A stretch of DNA of 64,000 nt, from NCBI GenBank assembly GCA_035480235.1, contig DATIHX010000003.1, positions 85,514 through 149,513 of the forward strand, in the 5' to 3' direction. Source of the DNA: Candidatus Saccharimonadales bacterium (lineage in GTDB: Bacteria; Patescibacteriota; UBA1384; 2-12-FULL-50-11). Below the pieces are notes generated by a model. It was not told where the DNA came from, searched no databases, and saw nothing but the letters and a program-made list of their open reading frames with translations. A program made the translations under genes and the position numbers. Shown in pieces: positions 59,284 through 64,000 of this stretch (positions are counted from its first letter, which is position 1; each line of letters starts with the position of its first letter).

Positions 59284-60370
59284 TTTTGGTGGCAAATTTC
59301 TGCTCAAAAAGCTGACGGCCGTTTGCGCCGATTTTCATTAGTTCGCTCGGGTGGGCCGCTGCCCAGCTGATAGTTGCCGCCAGCGCCGCGGCGTCGCCTT
59401 GTGGCACGACCAGCGCGTTTTGTTTATCGCTAAAATCGTTCGATGCCCGGTTTTGGCCGACCACCGTTGGCCTCCCGCAGGCTAAAAATTGATAGGCTTT
59501 GCCGGTCACCACCATTTGCGCTTGCAGCGTATCGCCGAACGGCCCGGCCAAGCAGAGCGCACTTTGCTTGATAGCTTCGGGTAGTTCGTCAAACGGAATC
59601 CACTTTTTATACTCGACGTTAGCACCTTTACTTTTCGCGGCTCCGATTTTTTCGGCCGCTTTCGGCCCGCCGCCAACCAGTAAAAAAACCACCCCTTTAT
59701 CGCTTAAGAGCGATAACGCCGCTTGGAGCACAACGTCCAAACCGTGGAGCGGCAGCATACTGCCGTAATATAAAACCTGAAATATAGTAGATCGCTTTTC
59801 CCCTCCGTCGCCACTCTTCCCATACGTCATATCCGATGTATGAGAATTTCGGCCAGGAAATTTTTTGGCAATTATTGGCTGGAAAACGGTTTCATCGGTG
59901 CCGACGGGAAGTGCTAGGTATTTTTCTAATGGCACGTTACTGCGTTGGGAGGAGTATTGGGCGTGGGCGGGTGTGTCGGCCAGAATGAGCCGGCATTTTT
60001 TTAGCTGCCGGCCGTACCATGAGTTTAGTAACTTCGCCGCCCAACTGTTTTTGGAAAGTTTTTTGTGCTCGTCCACTACCCATTCGGTCAGATTAATAAA
60101 CTCATCAAAAATCACCGGCGTTTTACCGGCGACGAGTAGCAAAAACGGCAAAATTTCGTAACCGCGGAATGTTAACAAAAATACGTCCGGCTTTTCTTGG
60201 CGCTTAACAATAATTATTTTCCGGATCACTTCAAAGTAGCGACCCAAACCTTTTTTGGAATTTTTAACAATAATCGTTTCCACGCCCGGCAACTGCTTCA
60301 GTGCTGAACGCAACACTCGGGCCCGAACGTAATCGGGCTGTCCGTAACAAGTAATAACGGCAATTTTCAC
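59243..60370 (-). CDS. Glycosyltransferase (GT-B, family 1/4-like)
   Basis: MKIAVITCYG… N-terminus and a C-terminal …VGGGPKAAE… …CLAGPFG… pattern. It is convergent with, and overlaps, the upstream gene. Confidence 0.65.
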   Translation of the reverse strand: MKIAVITCYGQPDYVRARVLRSALKQLPGVETIIVKNSKKGLGRYFEVIRKIIIVKRQEKPDVFLLTFRGYEILPFLLLVAGKTPVIFDEFINLTEWVVDEHKKLSKNSWAAKLLNSWYGRQLKKCRLILADTPAHAQYSSQRSNVPLEKYLALPVGTDETVFQPIIAKKFPGRNSHTSDMTYGKSGDGGEKRSTIFQVLYYGSMLPLHGLDVVLQAALSLLSDKGVVFLLVGGGPKAAEKIGAAKSKGANVEYKKWIPFDELPEAIKQSALCLAGPFGDTLQAQMVVTGKAYQFLACGRPTVVGQNRASNDFSDKQNALVVPQGDAAALAATISWAAAHPSELMKIGANGRQLFEQKFATKIIAGRLGRALGNL

Positions 60371-60395
60371 TTTTATATTCTACCCGGCGAGAGGT

Positions 60396-61517
60396 TTAAT
60401 TACAGCTGGCAGAGGCACTGGCAGTCGCGTAACCGTCGCCGGCTGAGGCGCTGGCCGAGGCGGAACAAGTGAGAGTTTGGTAGGTGGTAATAGTTGTCGT
60501 TTTCACGACCCGTCGAGTAACTTTTTTCTTTGGCTTAATTGGCTGGTTGGCAATTAATGGAGTGGCGGTCGCCGAGCCGCTATTTTTTTGATTCGGGCCA
60601 GCAGAGTTTTGAGTGACGGGTTTATTTTGAGCAGCTGGTTGGTTGCCAGCTGGTGCACGGGTGCTGCCGGGAATCTGATTAGCGCCATTAGTCGCCGGGG
60701 GCTGGTTAACGGCCGGCGGTTTTTTGAACGGCAATTTTTGGCCGGACAGGGCCATGACAGCGTAGGCGGTATTCAAATAGTTAGCAGCGCTGCTTTGCAG
60801 CCAAAAGCCGCCGTTTTGTTCTTGACCAAATAAATAATTTCGGACGGCTGATGGGTCTTGGCCGAGCGCGTTCTGGGCGATCATCGCCCAGGCCGCGGTG
60901 GCGACGTTGGAAACTTGGCCGGGCAAAACGGCAAAGCCGCCATCGGCGTTGTGGCAGTAGGTCAAAAAAGTAGCGGCGTCGTTGAGTGTACTGGTGGGTT
61001 GATTAGTGGCCAGCCGTAAAGCCCAAATCGCGGCCGAAGTAATATCGCCGTCGCCGCTCCCGCCGGTGCTAAAGCCGAAACTGCCGTCGGTACGCTGGCT
61101 AGCAGCGATAGTGGTAAAAACGCCCTGACGCCCGGCCAGCCAATTTGGGTCAGCGCCCGCCACCGCTAAAACTCCAAATATGTCGTCGTTAATTAAACTG
61201 GGCGAGCCGAATTGGTCGTTTTGGTAAGCCGCTTCAATCTGACTGATTTCATTTTGATCGGTTGCGCCCTGAGCGGCTCGGGCCAGAGCGTTGCGTTCCA
61301 AACTCAGTAGCGACGAAGCGTCCGGCGCGCTGGGATCGGTGCTAATGCCGTTTTCTCCTAAACCGATCGCCGCCCAGTCGCGGTTGCCAGCGCCCTGGCC
61401 GGAGTAATTAGTTTGCAAATAGTTAATGGCCGATCCCAAAGGGCTAGCGGCTCGAGTTGTGAGGACCGGCCAGATTAAAGCCGCCGCCAGTAGGCCAACA
61501 AAAACTCGCTTCCACAT
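60396..61517 (-). CDS. Secreted alpha/alpha-toroid (prenyltransferase/squalene-cyclase-repeat-like) protein with a low-complexity tail
   Basis: Signal peptide, then repeated units: …RTDGSFGF…SAAIWAL…, …NADGGFAV…ATAAWAMIA…, …EQNGGFWL…NTAYAVMAL… These are followed by a Q/N/P-rich linker and C-SASASASAGDGYATASASAS-C-N. Confidence 0.5.
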   Translation of the reverse strand: MWKRVFVGLLAAALIWPVLTTRAASPLGSAINYLQTNYSGQGAGNRDWAAIGLGENGISTDPSAPDASSLLSLERNALARAAQGATDQNEISQIEAAYQNDQFGSPSLINDDIFGVLAVAGADPNWLAGRQGVFTTIAASQRTDGSFGFSTGGSGDGDITSAAIWALRLATNQPTSTLNDAATFLTYCHNADGGFAVLPGQVSNVATAAWAMIAQNALGQDPSAVRNYLFGQEQNGGFWLQSSAANYLNTAYAVMALSGQKLPFKKPPAVNQPPATNGANQIPGSTRAPAGNQPAAQNKPVTQNSAGPNQKNSGSATATPLIANQPIKPKKKVTRRVVKTTTITTYQTLTCSASASASAGDGYATASASASCN

Positions 61518-61538
61518 CTTTCGTATATACCGAGAATT

Positions 61539-61567
61539 AAAAAAAAGAGCAAGGTAGAACCTTGCTC
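61539..61567 (-). terminator. Rho-independent terminator of 61572..62102
   Basis: On the minus strand: GAGCAAGG-ttcta-CCTTGCTC followed by TTTTTTTT. Confidence 0.85.
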
Positions 61568-61571
61568 GGAG

Positions 61572-62102
61572 CTAGCGCCGATGCCGATTGCTGGCATAGG
61601 CATTGAAGGGTTGATGGAATTGCCCCTCAAAAGCCGCGGAGAACGGAACGAGCGCCAGATCCTTTTGCAGCATCGGCGTAGTTGGGCTTTGCATCCAGGT
61701 AATGACGTCGCCGTTGGTCACGGTGTCGTGGTCAGCGGCGTCGGCGCCGTTCGGGCCTTGGCCAAACAGCGGCTGGTCGTTAACTTCGTACGTCAGGCCG
61801 ATACCCGGATCAACGGTTTTGCCGTTATAGGTAATGGTGGTGACGAATTCACCGTTATCGTGCTGGTCGCCGTTGGCCCAGTAACCGTTGCGTCGACTGG
61901 CTTCGAAAACAGTCCCGTCGCCATCAACCGGAATTCTGACAAATTGGAGAATGTCGCTGCCAGCCCCACCGCCACCACAGCCGACTTCCGCCGAAACCAC
62001 CAGCGAGATAACGCCGGCTTGCAAGAGACGAACAGCAAAGATACCGGAGCCAGCGTAAGCGCTCGTGATGGCCAGGAATTGCCGCCGAGATATTTTTTCC
62101 AT
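61572..62102 (-). CDS. Tat-signal secreted protein, DUF4430 (transcobalamin-like C-terminal domain)-like (tentative)
   Basis: Twin-arginine motif SRRQFL plus a hydrophobic region. …LTYEVNDQP…GADAADHDTVTNGDVITWMQ resembles the DUF4430 end motif as I remember it. Confidence 0.4.
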   Translation of the reverse strand: MEKISRRQFLAITSAYAGSGIFAVRLLQAGVISLVVSAEVGCGGGGAGSDILQFVRIPVDGDGTVFEASRRNGYWANGDQHDNGEFVTTITYNGKTVDPGIGLTYEVNDQPLFGQGPNGADAADHDTVTNGDVITWMQSPTTPMLQKDLALVPFSAAFEGQFHQPFNAYASNRHRR

Positions 62103-62216
62103 GTAACGTGCGTTACCTCCTTGTAAGGTTGTTCTGTTATTGTAAACAATTTTAGCGGCGAGGCAACTGGCCGCCGAGTTCCTGAAAGGCAGTTTTCTTG
62201 GTAAGATGAAAAACTA

Positions 62217-62936
62217 ATGGTCGCGCTGATCGCTTTAATTACCGCTTCGGCCACGCTGCTCGGCGGGCTTTTCGCGCTGAAATACCGCGATAAACTTCAT
62301 TTAATTTTGGCTTACAGCGCCGGCGCGGTGATCGGCGTCGCCTTTTTCGATTTATTACCAGAATCGTTTGATTTAGCCGCCGGCCGTTTCGGGGCGCTAA
62401 CCGTCACAAGTTTAGTTGCTCTCGGGTTCATTATTTACACGGTTTTAAGCCACGCTTTAGCTTTTCACGTTCACGCCGACGAAGACGGTGAGCATAATCA
62501 CGCCGAAGGCGAACTGGGCGCCGGTAGTTTATCGATCCACAGTTTTTTGGACGGCTTGGGTATTGGCTTGGCTTTCAAAGTCTCACCGGCGATCGGTATT
62601 GTGATAGCGCTCGGCGTTATTGCCCATGATTTTTCTGACGGCCTGAATACCGTCACCATGATTTTGAAAGATAACGGTAATCGAATCCAGGCCTTGCGAT
62701 GGCTCTTGGTGGACGCCGCCGCGCCGATTATCGGCATTATAGTTGCTTCGTTTGTTCACGTCAGCGACTCAACCCTCGGCCTTGTCTTGGCCGTGTTTGC
62801 CGGTTTCTTCTTCTTTATCGGTGCCTCAGATTTGCTGCCGGAATCGCGCCACCATCACCCGAAATTCTGGACGGTTTTGCTGACGGTGGCCGGCATGGCC
62901 ACTATTTATCTCGCGATTCGGCTGGCTAACTTTTAA
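62217..62936 (+). CDS. ZIP-family divalent metal transporter (ZupT-like)
   Basis: …HSFLDGLGIGLAF…, …IAHDFSDGL…, and a His/Asp/Glu-rich loop (HVHADEDGEHNHAEGE). Confidence 0.85.
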   Translation: MVALIALITASATLLGGLFALKYRDKLHLILAYSAGAVIGVAFFDLLPESFDLAAGRFGALTVTSLVALGFIIYTVLSHALAFHVHADEDGEHNHAEGELGAGSLSIHSFLDGLGIGLAFKVSPAIGIVIALGVIAHDFSDGLNTVTMILKDNGNRIQALRWLLVDAAAPIIGIIVASFVHVSDSTLGLVLAVFAGFFFFIGASDLLPESRHHHPKFWTVLLTVAGMATIYLAIRLANF

Positions 62937-64000
62937 ATCAGCGACCAAATCGCCGCCACGCCAGCGGCCAGCATCAAGAGCGTGATCGCCCAACCGAAAT
63001 AGGTGGTGAATGGTCGGTTAACCCGCTCACCCATAATTCGCGAATTTTTACTCATCAGAACGATCAGCAGTAGGACGACTGGGGCGATGACGCCGTTGGC
63101 GACGGCCGAATAAATCAGGGCCTTAATCGGGTCGAGGCCAACAAAGTTCAACAACAGTCCAACCGCCATGGCAATAATAATCACCCCATAAAAGGCGTGA
63201 GCTTGTTTGAGCGGCCGATACAGGCCCTCCCGCCAACGGAAACTTTCACTGATCGCGTACGACGCCGAGCCGGCTAAAACCGGAATCGCTAATAAACCGG
63301 TGCCGATGATGCCGATGGCGAACAAGAAATACGTCCAATTACCGGCGAACGGCCGGAGCGCTTCGGCGGCTTGAGCGGCCGAGGTAATGTTGGTAATCCC
63401 ATGGGTGAACAAAACAGCGGCGCAGGCGGCGATAATGAAAAACATCACCACGTTGGACAGTAGCATCCCGCTCCAGACGTCGGTCCGCATATTGGTAATT
63501 TCTTGATCGGTCGTCACGCGACGCTCTTTAAGTGTGGTTTTGCCGCTCAGTATTTCTTCCTCCACCTCTTGGCTGGTTTGCCAGAAAAATAAATACGGCG
63601 AGATGGTCGTGCCTAAAATGCCGCAAATTAAAAACAGCTGGCCGCGGCTGAAAGTGAGGCTTGGCAACACCGCGTGAACGGCCACTTGCCGCCAATCGAG
63701 ATGGGCTAGTAAGGCCGAGGCGACGTAAGCCAGTAAAATCAGCGCCAGCCACTTCAAGTATTTGGCGTAGCGGGCGTAGGAAGTGAAAATTTGCAGTGCC
63801 AAACTGACGGCGGCAAAGCCGACTACCAGCCAACTGAAATTCAACCACGGCGCCAGCAGTTGCGTGCCTTTGGCCATTGCCCCCAAATCGGCGCCGATGT
63901 TAAAAGCGTTAGCGGCAAAAAGCAAGGTTGTCGTGATGTAGAGCACCGAGCGGGGGAAGTGGGCCCGGATGTTGGCCGCCAGTCCCCGGCCGGTTACTAA
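62933..64000 (-). CDS. mntH: NRAMP-family divalent metal transporter (5' end beyond the window)
   Basis: …AANAFNIGADLGAMA… and about nine TM helices. The frame stays open to base 64000 (…LVTGRGLAANIRAHFPRSVLYI…), so the M at 63946 is internal (GTG). Confidence 0.8.
   Translation of the reverse strand, partial: LVTGRGLAANIRAHFPRSVLYITTTLLFAANAFNIGADLGAMAKGTQLLAPWLNFSWLVVGFAAVSLALQIFTSYARYAKYLKWLALILLAYVASALLAHLDWRQVAVHAVLPSLTFSRGQLFLICGILGTTISPYLFFWQTSQEVEEEILSGKTTLKERRVTTDQEITNMRTDVWSGMLLSNVVMFFIIAACAAVLFTHGITNITSAAQAAEALRPFAGNWTYFLFAIGIIGTGLLAIPVLAGSASYAISESFRWREGLYRPLKQAHAFYGVIIIAMAVGLLLNFVGLDPIKALIYSAVANGVIAPVVLLLIVLMSKNSRIMGERVNRPFTTYFGWAITLLMLAAGVAAIWSLI

Overview
This is a densely packed chromosomal segment using the standard genetic code, with many 1-8 nt gene overlaps. 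I read about 75 protein genes and one tRNA. By inference from gene content it resembles a small-genome Patescibacteria/CPR-type bacterium: an RRM RNA-binding protein, many tiny membrane proteins, many orphan ORFs, and housekeeping genes carrying low-complexity inserts.

Housekeeping backbone: pnp, DUF1653-truD, family-4 UDG, RNase J, ftsK, a RodZ-like gene, recA-recX, ppsA, tag, dus, tRNA-Ser(GGA), dnaG-rpoD, lysS, rmuC, an ABC-2 exporter, AbrB plus a DHA2 MFS transporter, and an OmpR/HisKA pair.

Accessory content:
- A lower-G+C island at about 19.7-26.3 kb carries two type II TA pairs (PIN/RHH and RelE/DinJ), an MGMT-family protein, an HExxH protein, a RibD_C/NDT-like/GXWXG operon, msrB, VOC and NTase genes.
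- An FMN-bind/ApbE/RnfD-like-FNR flavinylation operon sits next to the two-component system.
- There are two envelope-glycosylation clusters: GT4-LmbE-DedA, and GT2 / GT-C / UPF0104 / GT4.
- A secreted alpha/alpha-toroid protein lies beside a Tat-signal beta-domain protein, followed by ZIP and NRAMP metal transporters.

I recognised no rRNA, CRISPR array, transposase, integrase or reverse transcriptase.

Most notable observations:
1. A near-identical in-frame low-complexity nucleotide module is shared by ppsA, dnaG and rnj.
2. An ORF-free 400-nt region upstream of rnj contains four consecutive stable hairpins and is a candidate ncRNA.
3. A roughly 158-nt element bounded by about 25-nt inverted repeats lies between recA and recX.
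4. An unlisted 46-aa, 8-Cys ORF with a perfect SD lies in front of the GT4-LmbE pair.
5. The membrane flavinylation module.
6. A possible split transcobalamin-like surface pair.
7. An orphan two-gene operon (108 aa plus 960 aa) lies downstream of rpoD.

All functional calls rest on motifs read by eye. No database search was possible.
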